A stretch of DNA of 64,000 bases from contig CAYTUQ010000002.1 of NCBI GenBank assembly GCA_964441235.1, positions 96,110 through 160,109 of the forward strand, in the 5' to 3' direction. This document shows, one piece after another, positions 10,317-20,581 of the stretch. The notes beneath the pieces are model-generated. The model worked only from the letters and a program-made list of their open reading frames with translations. It ran no database searches and had not been told where the DNA came from. How positions within the stretch are numbered: the stretch's first letter is position 1; every line of letters starts with the position of its first letter. This stretch comes from an uncultured bacterium. GTDB lineage: Bacteria > Fidelibacterota > UBA2242. The translations under genes were made by a program, and so were the position numbers.

Positions 10317-11624
10317 TTATAGTGTTCCCATAACTAAAGCCAATTGAACCTCTGCAATTTTTGCATCGTATTTAGTCGTAACCAAGTTTCCACGAGCACT
10401 GGTTAATGCCACCTGAGCGTCTAACACTTCCAAAAGCGTTGCGGAATTTAGACGATACATTTCCTGCTGCAGGCGTAGGTCCTCCTGTGCCGACTGGATA
10501 TTCAATTCATTTATCTCTATCATCTCTTTGTATGTTTTCAGAGCAAGAAGCAGGTTTTGTACTTGATTCTGAATTTCCATTTTCTTCTTTTCTATTTGAT
10601 CATTGTAAATTTTGTAGCTCAATAACTTTTGTTGGATGTTTGTTTTCCTACGAAAACCATCAAACAATGGATAACTTAAATTCAAATTTAAAGAGGTATT
10701 CCACCATTTATCCAACTCTGAGTAGGTTCTTGAAAATTCCGAACCACCACGAGAATAAGAAAACGAGGAAGATAGTGTTGGGTACTTATCACCTTGTGCA
10801 ATTTTGTAATTTAAAAAAGCCGATTGTTTCTGAACAATTAGTGAATTAATCTCCAGGTTATTTTCAAATGCACGCTGCTCAGCAGTTCCGGGGTCAATGG
10901 CCTCAGGTTTTTGGTATGTTTCTTCATAAACTTCCAAGGGTTCATTTGGATTCAGACCCATTGCAATGTTTAAGTCAGATATTGCAGATTTAAGCATTGA
11001 TCTTTGTTGAATAACATTAAGTCTATCGTTTCCTTCACGTACCTGAGCTTTAAAAAGGTCCTTTTTTGCAACCTGACCAATTCTATACAGTTCCTCAGTT
11101 TTCTTTAACTGCTCCCGACTGCTCTCAAGTGATTTGGTATAGACATTTAATAACTCCTGAGCCTTTAAGACATTATAAAATTTTTCAGTAACATTCGCTA
11201 TCATCAATTGTCGAGCCAGGTCTCTATCAAAAATAGCTCCTTTATAAGTATTCTTTGCAAGTTTAATACTGTTCCACCATTTACCTCCATCAAATAAATT
11301 CTGATAGTAAGTAATTCCAGTGTTATACTGATTCATCCTAGAAGTAGAACTTGTTGTATCAATTACAAATCCATCATAAGCCATCGAAATATCTGTAGGT
11401 CCCTGTGTGAACTTTGTAGCATTGGTTCTCAAAGAGATATACGGTAATATATCTCCATAAGAAGCCCTAACTCCCTCCTTTACAGACTTTAATTGCCTGT
11501 TTGCAATACTCATCTCCGGATTTTTCTCAATTGCGACCTTGATACAATCAACGAGAGTTAATTTCTTCTCCCCCGATATAGCAATTGAAGTAATAAATAG
11601 AATAGTTATTAGAATTTTTCGCAT
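10317..11624 (-). CDS. TolC-family outer-membrane efflux protein
   Basis: 435 aa. Signal peptide and two-repeat OEP-like organisation (..LTLVDCIKVAIEKNPEM.., ..LLEVLDAQVALTSARGNLVTTKYD..). Confidence 0.9.
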   Translation of the reverse strand: MRKILITILFITSIAISGEKKLTLVDCIKVAIEKNPEMSIANRQLKSVKEGVRASYGDILPYISLRTNATKFTQGPTDISMAYDGFVIDTTSSTSRMNQYNTGITYYQNLFDGGKWWNSIKLAKNTYKGAIFDRDLARQLMIANVTEKFYNVLKAQELLNVYTKSLESSREQLKKTEELYRIGQVAKKDLFKAQVREGNDRLNVIQQRSMLKSAISDLNIAMGLNPNEPLEVYEETYQKPEAIDPGTAEQRAFENNLEINSLIVQKQSAFLNYKIAQGDKYPTLSSSFSYSRGGSEFSRTYSELDKWWNTSLNLNLSYPLFDGFRRKTNIQQKLLSYKIYNDQIEKKKMEIQNQVQNLLLALKTYKEMIEINELNIQSAQEDLRLQQEMYRLNSATLLEVLDAQVALTSARGNLVTTKYDAKIAEVQLALVMGTL

Positions 11625-11641
11625 TTTTATTATCCTGTTAT

Positions 11642-12337
11642 TTATATTTTAACTAAACCGCCAAATAGTGATACTATAACGCAGTAACCAAGCCACAGCA
11701 ACAAAACTACCCAAAAAGCTTTCGATGTTTTGAGATCATAGATTACACCAAGTCCAATACTCATAAGTATAACTTTCCATAATGCAAAAACGTCTAATGC
11801 CGCCATAAAACGAAATAGAAAAGTAGAGCTCTCCTCAAAAAACAGAGCCAGACTTGTATATACTTTCATTGTTTGCTGAGAGACCATTAACGGAACTTTT
11901 ACAGCAACAGCAATAATATCTATCAGACATGCATAAGCCGTTACAGCAAAGACAGGTACAAACTTTGAATCTCCTCCCAGAAGAAAATTCCCGGCAAACC
12001 AGATTACCAGTGCAATAATCACACACTTTACAGCTATAGATATTACAGTGCTTATATATGGGATAATCGATCCGGCTTGTTTATCCATCCGTTCAATAGC
12101 TATCTCTTTCTGCTCATCGGATAATCGTTCACTTTTTTCTATTCTCGCTTTTTGTTGTTCAATAGCTATCGGAGTTACATACGGAATCGAAATAATTGAT
12201 ACTAATGCCACTAAAAGTATAGGGATAACAATATCATACCATTGAGTTTTGATTTTAAGGGACTTAAAAGTTGCCGACGGTTCCCAAAAAACCGATACAA
12301 GTTTCGCAAAAATTGATTTTTCAATTACTTCAGTCAT
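11642..12337 (-). CDS. Multi-pass membrane protein, probably Yip1-domain family
   Basis: 231 aa with ~5 predicted TM segments. N-terminal ..VFWEPSATFKSL.. resembles the bacterial Yip1/DUF1282 type. Family call is from memory only. Confidence 0.55.
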   Translation of the reverse strand: MTEVIEKSIFAKLVSVFWEPSATFKSLKIKTQWYDIVIPILLVALVSIISIPYVTPIAIEQQKARIEKSERLSDEQKEIAIERMDKQAGSIIPYISTVISIAVKCVIIALVIWFAGNFLLGGDSKFVPVFAVTAYACLIDIIAVAVKVPLMVSQQTMKVYTSLALFFEESSTFLFRFMAALDVFALWKVILMSIGLGVIYDLKTSKAFWVVLLLWLGYCVIVSLFGGLVKI

Positions 12338-12396
12338 AGTTTTCCTCTCTTTCCAACAAGTGAATTAGATTAGATAATAAAATAAAAGTTGTCATA

Positions 12397-13854
12397 TCAG
12401 TTAAATTTTTCCTGACTTTCTATGATGAGCTGACCCTTATTCTCTTCTAAGTATTCTTTAGCTGCCTCATAAGTATTAGGAATTCCCCCTTGTAGTATCG
12501 CCTCTTCTATAGCTTTTTTAATATAACCTACCCGGGGACCAGGCTTGAGACCGCAATACCTCATAATTTCATCGCCTCGAACTGGTGATTGAAACGCTTT
12601 TAATTTATCTTTCCCCTGAACTTCCGCAACTCGTTTTACAACACGATCAAAGTTCTTCATATATTCACTAATTTTACGCAGATTTTTTGAGGTTATATCA
12701 GCACGACACAATTCAATAAGGTCCTCAATATCATCCTCAGCTTCAACTATAAGACGTCGAACTGCACTATCTGTTACCCCCTCATCTGCGATAGCAATTG
12801 GACGAAGATGAAGCCTTGTTAACTTAATTGCATATTCCATAACTTTATTCGGCATTTTCAGGCGTTTACAAAACTGTTTTATCACTTTTGCGCCCAGCTC
12901 CTCATGTCCATGAAAAGTCCAACCTTTACCTTCTATATATTTTTTCGTTAAGGGTTTTGCAATATCATGTACAAGTGCAGTAAAACGGAGTTCGAATTTC
13001 TTCGACACCCTACTAACATTGTCCAAAACCTGGAGCGAATGACGGAAAACATCTTTGTGATGAAATCCATTGCGTTGATCAACACCATCCAGCTCCGAAA
13101 TTTCTGGCAATACGACATTAAGCAAACCGGATTTCTTCATTAAGGAAAAACCTCTCGAAGGTTTATTGGGAACATTAATAATTTTTGTCAATTCATCAGT
13201 AATCCGTTCCTGTGATATAATTTCCATTCGATCTTTCACTTTCGAAATAGCACGAAAAGTCTTTTCCTCAATCTTAAACCCAAATTGCGTACTGAAACGA
13301 ATTGCTCGCAACATTCGAAGAGGATCCTCTGAAAAAGTAGTTATTGGATCAAGAGGTGTGCGAATTATTCCTGCATCAAGGTCTTTTAATCCCTCAAAGT
13401 AATCTGTTAATTGAAAAAGTGTTTCGTTATTAAGCGACATTGCAAGTGCGTTTATTGTAAAATCCCTGCGGGCAAGGTCTTCTTTCAATCCACTACCACT
13501 AACTGTTGGTTTCCTTGAATTACCCTCATACTTCTCTGTTCGAGCTGTCGCTACTTCTATAATAATTTCGTGATACGGCACCATTGCCGTGCCGAACTTT
13601 GGATACTCTAAAACTTTTTTCAGACGGAAAGAGTGAGCAATCTCTTTGGCAAATTCTATCCCTGGACGGGTCTCCGTTCCGTTTCCAATAACGGTTATAT
13701 CAATATCCTTTGTTGGATAGCCAAGTATCCTATCCCGGATCACGCCACCGACAAGATATACCTCTACACCCACACGGTCTGCAATATTAGCAATCCGTCG
13801 TAAGATTTTTGTTATTGGATCATTATCAGGGAAAAGTAATTCTAAAAATGCCAT
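12397..13854 (-). CDS. cca: CCA-adding tRNA nucleotidyltransferase / poly(A) polymerase family with C-terminal HD domain
   Basis: 485 aa. GGVIRDRILG..KDIDI nucleotidyltransferase head, RDFTINA motif, HD block (HDIAKP). Confidence 0.85.
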   Translation of the reverse strand: MAFLELLFPDNDPITKILRRIANIADRVGVEVYLVGGVIRDRILGYPTKDIDITVIGNGTETRPGIEFAKEIAHSFRLKKVLEYPKFGTAMVPYHEIIIEVATARTEKYEGNSRKPTVSGSGLKEDLARRDFTINALAMSLNNETLFQLTDYFEGLKDLDAGIIRTPLDPITTFSEDPLRMLRAIRFSTQFGFKIEEKTFRAISKVKDRMEIISQERITDELTKIINVPNKPSRGFSLMKKSGLLNVVLPEISELDGVDQRNGFHHKDVFRHSLQVLDNVSRVSKKFELRFTALVHDIAKPLTKKYIEGKGWTFHGHEELGAKVIKQFCKRLKMPNKVMEYAIKLTRLHLRPIAIADEGVTDSAVRRLIVEAEDDIEDLIELCRADITSKNLRKISEYMKNFDRVVKRVAEVQGKDKLKAFQSPVRGDEIMRYCGLKPGPRVGYIKKAIEEAILQGGIPNTYEAAKEYLEENKGQLIIESQEKFN

Positions 13855-14431
13855 GTTTTCTTCTCATCAAAACCGAGTGAATTTATAAAAGAGGTTGGTT
13901 AATTGCAAAGAGAGTAAATTATTCAAAACCCGTTTTAAGCGTATCGAAGACCTCCACGAGGAAGCCAAACGGGTTTGTTTCGAGAGACGCTAATACAGAA
14001 CCATTATTTGAACTCTCAGTTGCATTGACTTTGATACAAATATAACTAAAATTAGGGTTGACTTTGTTACAGAAAAGAATAAATGAATATATAAGCAGAT
14101 GGATAGGGTAGGGAGTTAATATCCAAAATCCTTTTAATATTTGCCATGCTCAATCGAAAAAGGGTTTGTTTGGATAGGGTTAAGTATTTAAGGAGATTGC
14201 AAATATTCACTATTGTCTGCCCGATTAGTTAGGTGGGCAATTCCTCGGTTAAACCTGTCAGGTTTCGTCCGATCGAAGATTCTCCGAAGGAGTCCTACAT
14301 CGAGATATTTTCGACACATATTTACTTTTGTATAATTTTTTATATCTCCCTTATAGTTAATAGAACTGCTACACCTACTGCCTGGAATACTTCGATAGCG
14401 AATGAACTAATTGCTCTATTGTACCTCTAGT

Positions 14432-14729
14432 AGCGTTTCCAAAATAACTTAGCAATTGGGGGAAATCACAAATCACAAACTACAAATTACAAACAATTTC
14501 AAAATCTAAAATTAAAATGAACAAAACTATACCAGAACTATTTTGAATTTCTATATTTTGTTATTGTCTCGTAGAGATTCTCCGATAGGAGTCCTGCGTG
14601 ACCTTTGGAAGAACTTTTTTGATATTTGGTGCTTGTCTCGTCTCGAAGAGATCCCGCTGGGAAAGAGACCCCCTCGGAGAAATTTGGATTTTAGTAAACA
14701 AATAATTGCAAAGATAATTAGGAAACTAT
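14432..14729 (+). repeat. Composite repeat family A, copy 1 (~298 bp); inverted homolog of 36105..36371
   Basis: Long collinear match to the reverse complement of 36105..36371 (..AAAATAACTTAGCAATT.., ..CAAAATCT[A/C]AAATTAAAATGAAC.., ..GATATTTGGTGCTTGTCTCGTCTCGAAGAGATCCCGCTGGGAAAGAGACCCCCTCGG..). The two copies differ by whole-module swaps. Confidence 0.85.
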
Positions 14730-15177
14730 CTACTAACCTGTAATTTATCTATCCTGCCTATAGTGGCTACTACTTTCTGTTTTACTCTCTCCTTCTCTTT
14801 TCGATTCGCATATCTGGAGGTATTTATATTTGTCCTACAGATCCGTACGGAACTGACTTCCTGATGCGTGTAAACCCCGCTATAAGCGGTGAAAACATTT
14901 GCTCTCCTTAAATTAGTCATCACAAATTTAACAATTAGTGTGACAGAAATCAATCTCTAATATCAAATATTGTGACACTACATTTCTTACCTTTTTCAGG
15001 GGTAAATACCTCTAAGTCATTGATTTTACTGAACAAAATATTTTGAAACTAATCTCAACTTAGAAGAAAATTTTGAATTATTATTCTGCAACAGCCTGTG
15101 AATCGGGACGAGCAGGTCACTGACTCTGTGGCTGAATAGTTACAATAAAAGAAGATATTTATTTTTCAAATGTTTAT

Positions 15178-15330
15178 ATGAAAGTGCCTAAAGTGTCTAA
15201 AGTGAAAAGTGCCTGATGAACAATGACCAATTAACAATAAACAATCAACAATCAACAATATACAATTTATGTATTTTAAAAATATCAACTTTAATGCTTC
15301 GTTGTGGCCGAAAGGCTATGGGAGTTATTT
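15178..15330 (+). repeat. Composite repeat family B, copy 1 (~150 bp); inverted homolog of 49118..49340
   Basis: ATGAAAGTGCCTAAAGTGTCTAAAGTG..GCCTGATGAACAATGACCAATTAACAATAAACAATCA[A/G]CAATCAACAATATACAATTTATGTATTTTAAAAATATCAACTT..CTTCGTTGTGGCCGAAAGGC[T/C]ATGGGAGTTATT is shared with the reverse complement of 49118..49340. Confidence 0.85.
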
Positions 15331-17034
15331 TGACTTCTCTAATTTCTTAAGTTGTTTGACTGCTTTTGCTTCGCTTTTCGTACCCGGGAAATTAGCAATT
15401 ATAAGATTCAATGTCTTTATAGTCTTATCAATATCTTTTATTTTTGTGTAAATCGCAGCAACTTTCTCAAGTGCCTTCAGCGCTTTATCAGATTGTGGAT
15501 ATTTCTCAAAAAGACTCATATACTGAGCAACAGCAGCTTCATATCGTTTATGACTCTCATACAGATCTCCCGACGAAATGATAGATTTATAAGCGCCTGG
15601 TGTATCCGGATAGCGTTCATCAATTGATTTATACGTAGCTACCGCAGCTTCAATCAAATTCATTTCAGAAGCAAGAATAGCCGCTTTTCTCATCAATGCG
15701 GAAATAGATTTTTCAGATTCATTGCAGCTATCAGCAAAGACTTGATATTCTTTAACAGCCTTCTCCCAGTTTTTAAGATATATATCTGCAATCTTAGCTA
15801 TGTGATAATGGGCACTAAGAGCGAGTATATCATCTGGAAATTTCTCAATGAGACTGTTAAATGACTCTATAGCATTTTTATATTCTTCAAAATTTTTTCC
15901 CTGAATTAAACCACTACGACAAAGAGCTATCCGCATTTCATCACTTTCAGGATAAAATGTCATAAGTCTATTATAGTACATAAATGCGCGTTGTGGCTGT
16001 TCTTTTTTTAGTAACGCTTCCCCAATCCACAGATTCACGAGCGGAGACTGAGGAGAGAACGGATACAGCTGTAGAAATTTCTTTGCTTCTCCTACAAAAT
16101 ACTTCTGGACTTCTGAATTTGGAAATTCTCTCAATAACTCAACAAACTTAAAATAACGTACATCCATATTGGTATAGGCTGGAATTGTACCAACAAGAGA
16201 CATCAGGTACTCAGAATCTTTTCTATACGATTTTTCAGTTTGAAAAATTCCCGAACGGATATTTTTTACCTCTTCATACAGAGTTGAATTCGGGTACAAG
16301 TGAATGAACTTTAAAAGAGAAAATTCAGCTTTACTCCAATCCCCTTTTCTGATATACAGCCGGGTCAGGAAGTCCTGAACAGAATCGCACCTTGCTTCAG
16401 GGAAGAATATCTCAAGGTATCTTTTTAACTCCTTTATCTGAAAAGGATAAATATCCTCTCCACTTTCCCTCAACTTCCAGATACCTTTCTTTTGTTTACT
16501 TTCCTCCATTTTCAACATTTTACAATAACTGAAGTACTTATCTTCCAGATTTATGTCGTATCCCCAAACAAATTCCTTTGGATATAAGAGTAATTTTGCA
16601 TTAAGACTCATTATACTATCTATGAGAGCCTCAACCCGCTCAGAATAAATAACTTTGATTGAGTCACTCTCCTGAAACGCTTTTGTTAGAGAATCTATTA
16701 CTGCATCTCTTACGGCTGATTCATCTTCAATTTTATTCTCATATAAAGTACGAACAGAATCTATAATTTCCTCAAGTTTATCCTCAAAACTTATTTGCAG
16801 AGAATCAATGATGAACTGGCGAAGTGCAGCTTTATCGCCTATTACCTGTTCCTCTACAGATTCTTGAAGCTCCAATTCCTGTTTAACCATTACTGTATCA
16901 ACCATCTCATTAACCTCACTCTCCGAAATCTGACGAGAAGAATCATCCATTTGACAAAATCCGGAAACGGGATTTACTAATAAAAGAGAAACAACTAAAA
17001 CATATCCAATAAATTTGTACATGTAATTTCTCAT
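15325..17034 (-). CDS. Tetratricopeptide-repeat (TPR) protein with signal peptide
   Basis: 569 aa. N-terminal hydrophobic leader and many TPR-like A/Y/F-spaced helices in the C-terminal 350 aa (BamD/YbgF-like). The 3' end abuts repeat B. Confidence 0.8.
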   Translation of the reverse strand: MRNYMYKFIGYVLVVSLLLVNPVSGFCQMDDSSRQISESEVNEMVDTVMVKQELELQESVEEQVIGDKAALRQFIIDSLQISFEDKLEEIIDSVRTLYENKIEDESAVRDAVIDSLTKAFQESDSIKVIYSERVEALIDSIMSLNAKLLLYPKEFVWGYDINLEDKYFSYCKMLKMEESKQKKGIWKLRESGEDIYPFQIKELKRYLEIFFPEARCDSVQDFLTRLYIRKGDWSKAEFSLLKFIHLYPNSTLYEEVKNIRSGIFQTEKSYRKDSEYLMSLVGTIPAYTNMDVRYFKFVELLREFPNSEVQKYFVGEAKKFLQLYPFSPQSPLVNLWIGEALLKKEQPQRAFMYYNRLMTFYPESDEMRIALCRSGLIQGKNFEEYKNAIESFNSLIEKFPDDILALSAHYHIAKIADIYLKNWEKAVKEYQVFADSCNESEKSISALMRKAAILASEMNLIEAAVATYKSIDERYPDTPGAYKSIISSGDLYESHKRYEAAVAQYMSLFEKYPQSDKALKALEKVAAIYTKIKDIDKTIKTLNLIIANFPGTKSEAKAVKQLKKLEKSK

Positions 17035-17494
17035 ATCAACCTCACTAATTTTTAAAAGTCAAAGTTATTTAAAATTACATTTATTATCAAGCAGTGAATT
17101 TTCCCAATTAATTTTCCATATCATTGCTACCAAAATGTAAGTTATAATATTTCTCTTAAAAAAAAAGGAAATGAACGGCTACTTCTCAACTTAACACAAG
17201 TCCTAAAGAGAACACCACATCTCAACCGTAAAACTTATTCCTAACCTTCCTAAGGGCTTTTCCAAAGGTCACAGTGAACTCTGATACGTAGGAGAACTCC
17301 TACGGAGAAAGCCTTCAGAAGGTTTCCACTGTTAAGAAAATCTTTTTTCTTTCCTAAAAGTTGTTGCAATTTTCACATGAATTTGAAAGATGAGAGAAAA
17401 TCAAACCCGTTTTTTCCCTTCATCAAAGAGGTCTCCTCAAGATACTCCGAGCCGAAGGCTTCCGATAGGAAAACGGGTTATATGAGAATGAAAA

Positions 17495-18433
17495 ATGAGG
17501 ACAAATATGTATAAACTACCAAAACCCCTGAAACCAGGCTCAACAATAGGTGTTATCGCTCCTGCAAGTGCTGCAAAAAGAAAATTCGTGGCAAAAGGAG
17601 TAGAGTATCTTCACAAGAAAGGCTACAAGGTTAAAACAGCTCCAAATCTCTCACGAGCTAAGTTCTATCTTGCAGGCAGTGACCAACTCAGAGTCAAATT
17701 GCTGGAAGAATTTTTCCTGGGTTCAGAAATAGACGGAATAATGTGTGTTCGTGGTGGCTACGGGTTGTTACGAATATTAGACATGATCTCTTACGAAAAA
17801 TTGGCTTCGACCCAACCGAAAGTATTCGTTGGATATTCAGATGTTACTGCATTGCAAATGGCATTGTTAAGTAAACTCGAATGGATCACGTACTCTGGTC
17901 CAATGGTTGCATCAGAAATGGGACGAGGATTCGATCCCTTTTCCGAAGAATGGTTGTGGAAGATGATCTCTGACAATCCATATCCGATAGAACTCATTAA
18001 TCCTGAAGACCAACCCTTAAAAGTTTTCAAACATGGAACAGCAGAAGGTAAACTTTTGGGTGGCTGCCTTACTTTAGTAACGCTTTTGTTGGGAACACCA
18101 TATATGCCCTCACTAAAAGGCGCAATTTTAGTCATAGAAGACATAGGTGAAAAAACGTACCGTCTCGACAGAGCATTACATGTTTTACGCCTCCATAAAG
18201 TATTTGAACAAATTTCAGGCTTGATTGTTGGACATTTCGTAAATTGTCTCCCCAAAAATCCAGACCGCTCTTTCACACTTGAAGATTATTTAAGTGATGT
18301 TCTTGATGGATATAATTTTCCGGTTATCACTAACTTTTCTTATGGTCATATAAAACGCAGATTTACACTTCCATTAGGTGCAAATGTTAGTATCGCAACC
18401 AATCCACCTAAAATCACAATTCATGGAGCATGA
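17495..18433 (+). CDS. ldcA: LD-carboxypeptidase (peptidase S66, muramoyltetrapeptide carboxypeptidase-like)
   Basis: 312 aa. GSTIGVIAPAS.., ..RGGYG.., ..GYSDVTAL (nucleophile Ser), C-terminal ..GH.. block. Confidence 0.85.
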   Translation: MRTNMYKLPKPLKPGSTIGVIAPASAAKRKFVAKGVEYLHKKGYKVKTAPNLSRAKFYLAGSDQLRVKLLEEFFLGSEIDGIMCVRGGYGLLRILDMISYEKLASTQPKVFVGYSDVTALQMALLSKLEWITYSGPMVASEMGRGFDPFSEEWLWKMISDNPYPIELINPEDQPLKVFKHGTAEGKLLGGCLTLVTLLLGTPYMPSLKGAILVIEDIGEKTYRLDRALHVLRLHKVFEQISGLIVGHFVNCLPKNPDRSFTLEDYLSDVLDGYNFPVITNFSYGHIKRRFTLPLGANVSIATNPPKITIHGA

Positions 18434-18627
18434 CAAATTTTATTGGCATAAATATTATCTATAAATATAGAGTTTTTTAAAAAATAATCATTCCTCCATC
18501 TATTCTCCCAGTAAGCCCAAATATTATTTAAGAAAATCTGAAATTTCGGTTTGCTTTTATAATAGCTTTTTTATACTATTAGTCGAGTTTTGAAAAGGGA
18601 GTTACTTCAGGGTATTGAAGGAGAAAT

Positions 18628-19080
18628 ATGTTTTCCAGCCATCTTTATTTTGCGTATGCTGATAATATGAGTGAAAATATCGTCAGGGAAATTTGTCCTG
18701 GCGTTTCTTTTGAAGGCATCGCGGAGTTAAAAAAATACCGTTTTACATTTAACTCAAAAGGGAAAGCAACTATTGTTGAAGATGTAAATAATTCCGTCTG
18801 GGGGGTAGTATGGTGCCTATCTTCCAGAGATATCTACCTTTTAGATAAAAAAGAGGAACAGAATCTGGGCAATTTTAAAAAAATAAATAAGACTGTGGCT
18901 TTCAAAAACGGGAAGCAGGTTGAAGCATTTATCTATATTGCAGATGATACCGGTGATCCTATACCTGATCAGTCCGCACTAAACTTTGTAATTGACCAAG
19001 CTCGATATTGGGCTTTACCAGATGAATATATATCCTTCTTGAAAAATTTAACCACTGTCCAGTCTCAATTGAAGACATAG
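18628..19080 (+). CDS. Gamma-glutamylcyclotransferase (AIG2/GGCT-like) family protein
   Basis: 150 aa. N-terminal YFAYADNMS resembles the YGSL/FAYGSNM signature. Size and ..VWGVVW.. block fit the family. Confidence 0.55.
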   Translation: MFSSHLYFAYADNMSENIVREICPGVSFEGIAELKKYRFTFNSKGKATIVEDVNNSVWGVVWCLSSRDIYLLDKKEEQNLGNFKKINKTVAFKNGKQVEAFIYIADDTGDPIPDQSALNFVIDQARYWALPDEYISFLKNLTTVQSQLKT

Positions 19081-19191
19081 CAGTATTAACAATTATTATA
19101 CTATTCAGCATATTTAAAACTGATTATATATACTCTCGGAAATCTTTTGTAAAGGCAAAAACTATAAATTTTCTGAATATCATTTAAGACA

Positions 19192-19749
19192 TTGAAAAAA
19201 AATTTTATAACAATTACTCAGGGCAACAATCCCAAAATATTAGCGTTTGTTATTTTTCTACATATAATAATTCTGGGCGGTGCATGGTTACACATCAAAC
19301 CGTATTTAGACAAAAATCCGTGCGCTGTCTGTGGAAGGGCAAACACAAAACCCGTTAAAACCTTATGGCAATATAAATCTAATCCGGTTCCATACGTTAT
19401 GGAAAAGAATATATGGTATTGTAAAAAACATTATGCTAAAGCTCCTGAAATCGTAAAAGATATTCCTTCAAAAAAGGACACTGTTAAAAAACGTTTTTTA
19501 ATTATTACTTCGACCGGAAGTCTAATGCTAATTACTTTAATTTATACTCTCATTCTTATCAATCTTAGTTTCTACCTTCTATTTATCCAACCTGCTGTAT
19601 TGCTCTTATCTTTCTTATTCTTTGGAATTACAGCAAACTTAACAATCACAATATTTTTTACTTCAATTGCAATAATCCCTCTACTAATTTTCCTATCCTG
19701 GAATAAATGGAATCCAAATAAAAAGTATCGTCTCATCACATTCAATTAA
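19192..19749 (+). CDS. Hypothetical membrane protein with CxxC...CxxH knuckle
   Basis: 185 aa with a TTG start. One N-terminal TM, a soluble segment CAVCGR..YCKKH, then 3 C-terminal TM segments. No recognised family. Confidence 0.55.
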   Translation: MKKNFITITQGNNPKILAFVIFLHIIILGGAWLHIKPYLDKNPCAVCGRANTKPVKTLWQYKSNPVPYVMEKNIWYCKKHYAKAPEIVKDIPSKKDTVKKRFLIITSTGSLMLITLIYTLILINLSFYLLFIQPAVLLLSFLFFGITANLTITIFFTSIAIIPLLIFLSWNKWNPNKKYRLITFN

Positions 19750-19858
19750 AACAAAGTTGAATGATGAATAATGAACAAGGGATGTTGAATATAGAAGTTT
19801 TATCCAATATTTAAATGGCTTGTCTTTTATAGATTATCAAAAAAACAGGAGAATAAAT

Positions 19859-20359
19859 ATGTCACTTAATTACATTTTCAGACGTCGCAGCATAAGAAAA
19901 TACACTGACCAACCTGTGAGCGATGAACAAATTAAATCAATATTAGAAGCGGCAATGGCGGCACCATCTGCACATAATTACAAACCGTGGCACTTCATTG
20001 TCATTAAAAACCGAAGCAGACTTGATCACATAGCGGATATCCATCCTTACGGCAAAATGCTTTACCAGGCTTCATTAGCAATTGCTGTCTGCGGGAATAA
20101 AAAGGTTTCTCCAGACCACTGGATTCAGGATTGTTCTGCGTCAACAGAGAATATTTTATTGGCACTTCCAGAACTTGGGCTTGGTGGGGTTTGGCTTGGG
20201 TGTTATCCTATGGACTCCAGAAATAATGCTTTAAAAGAGTTTTTACCACTACCTGATGAAATTGAACTACTCAGTATAATCGCTATCAGTTACCCGGCAG
20301 AAGACAAAAAGCCACGCACGCAGTTCAATGCGAAATGTATTCATTATGAAAAATGGTAG
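19859..20359 (+). CDS. Nitroreductase-family protein
   Basis: Start moved to ATG 19859 (AGGAG 7 nt upstream). RRSIRKYTD..PS..N.QPW.F motif set. Confidence 0.85.
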   Translation: MSLNYIFRRRSIRKYTDQPVSDEQIKSILEAAMAAPSAHNYKPWHFIVIKNRSRLDHIADIHPYGKMLYQASLAIAVCGNKKVSPDHWIQDCSASTENILLALPELGLGGVWLGCYPMDSRNNALKEFLPLPDEIELLSIIAISYPAEDKKPRTQFNAKCIHYEKW

Positions 20360-20581
20360 CAGTACCCCGTCTCGACAGAGATCCCGTTGGGAAAGCTCCG
20401 CTTCGGATTAAAATTTTTGACAAAGTTACTAAAATGCGAAGCAGAGCTTCGCGGTACAGTTAAGTCCGAAGCTCATCTTCGGAAACATCCTATCATTACG
20501 CCGATGCAACGTTTCGGATAAAGGTTTCCGAGATAAAGTGATCAGAATGCGAAGCGGAGCTTCGCGGTACAAAGAGGAATT

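Noticed and set aside
14250-14300. SRP (4.5S) RNA-like string CCTGTCAGGTTTCGTCCGATCGAAG.
   Set aside because: It lacks the conserved GGAA/AGCA symmetric-loop motifs and the long helix 8 pairing, and it merges into a standard CTCCGAAGGAG repeat module.
14233-14953. Track ORFs 14233..14430, 14543..14743 and 14726..14953 in the cca-TPR gap.
   Set aside because: They are built from hairpin-repeat sequence (e.g. SPIGVLRDLW comes from the CTCCGATAGGAG module). They have no RBS or family resemblance, and 14543..14743 lies inside repeat family A.
13855-15324. Possible CRISPR array in this and the other repeat-rich intergenic regions.
   Set aside because: The repeats are not identical units at a regular repeat-spacer period. 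The modules are heterogeneous, occur in both orientations and are palindromic. No cas genes are present in the window.
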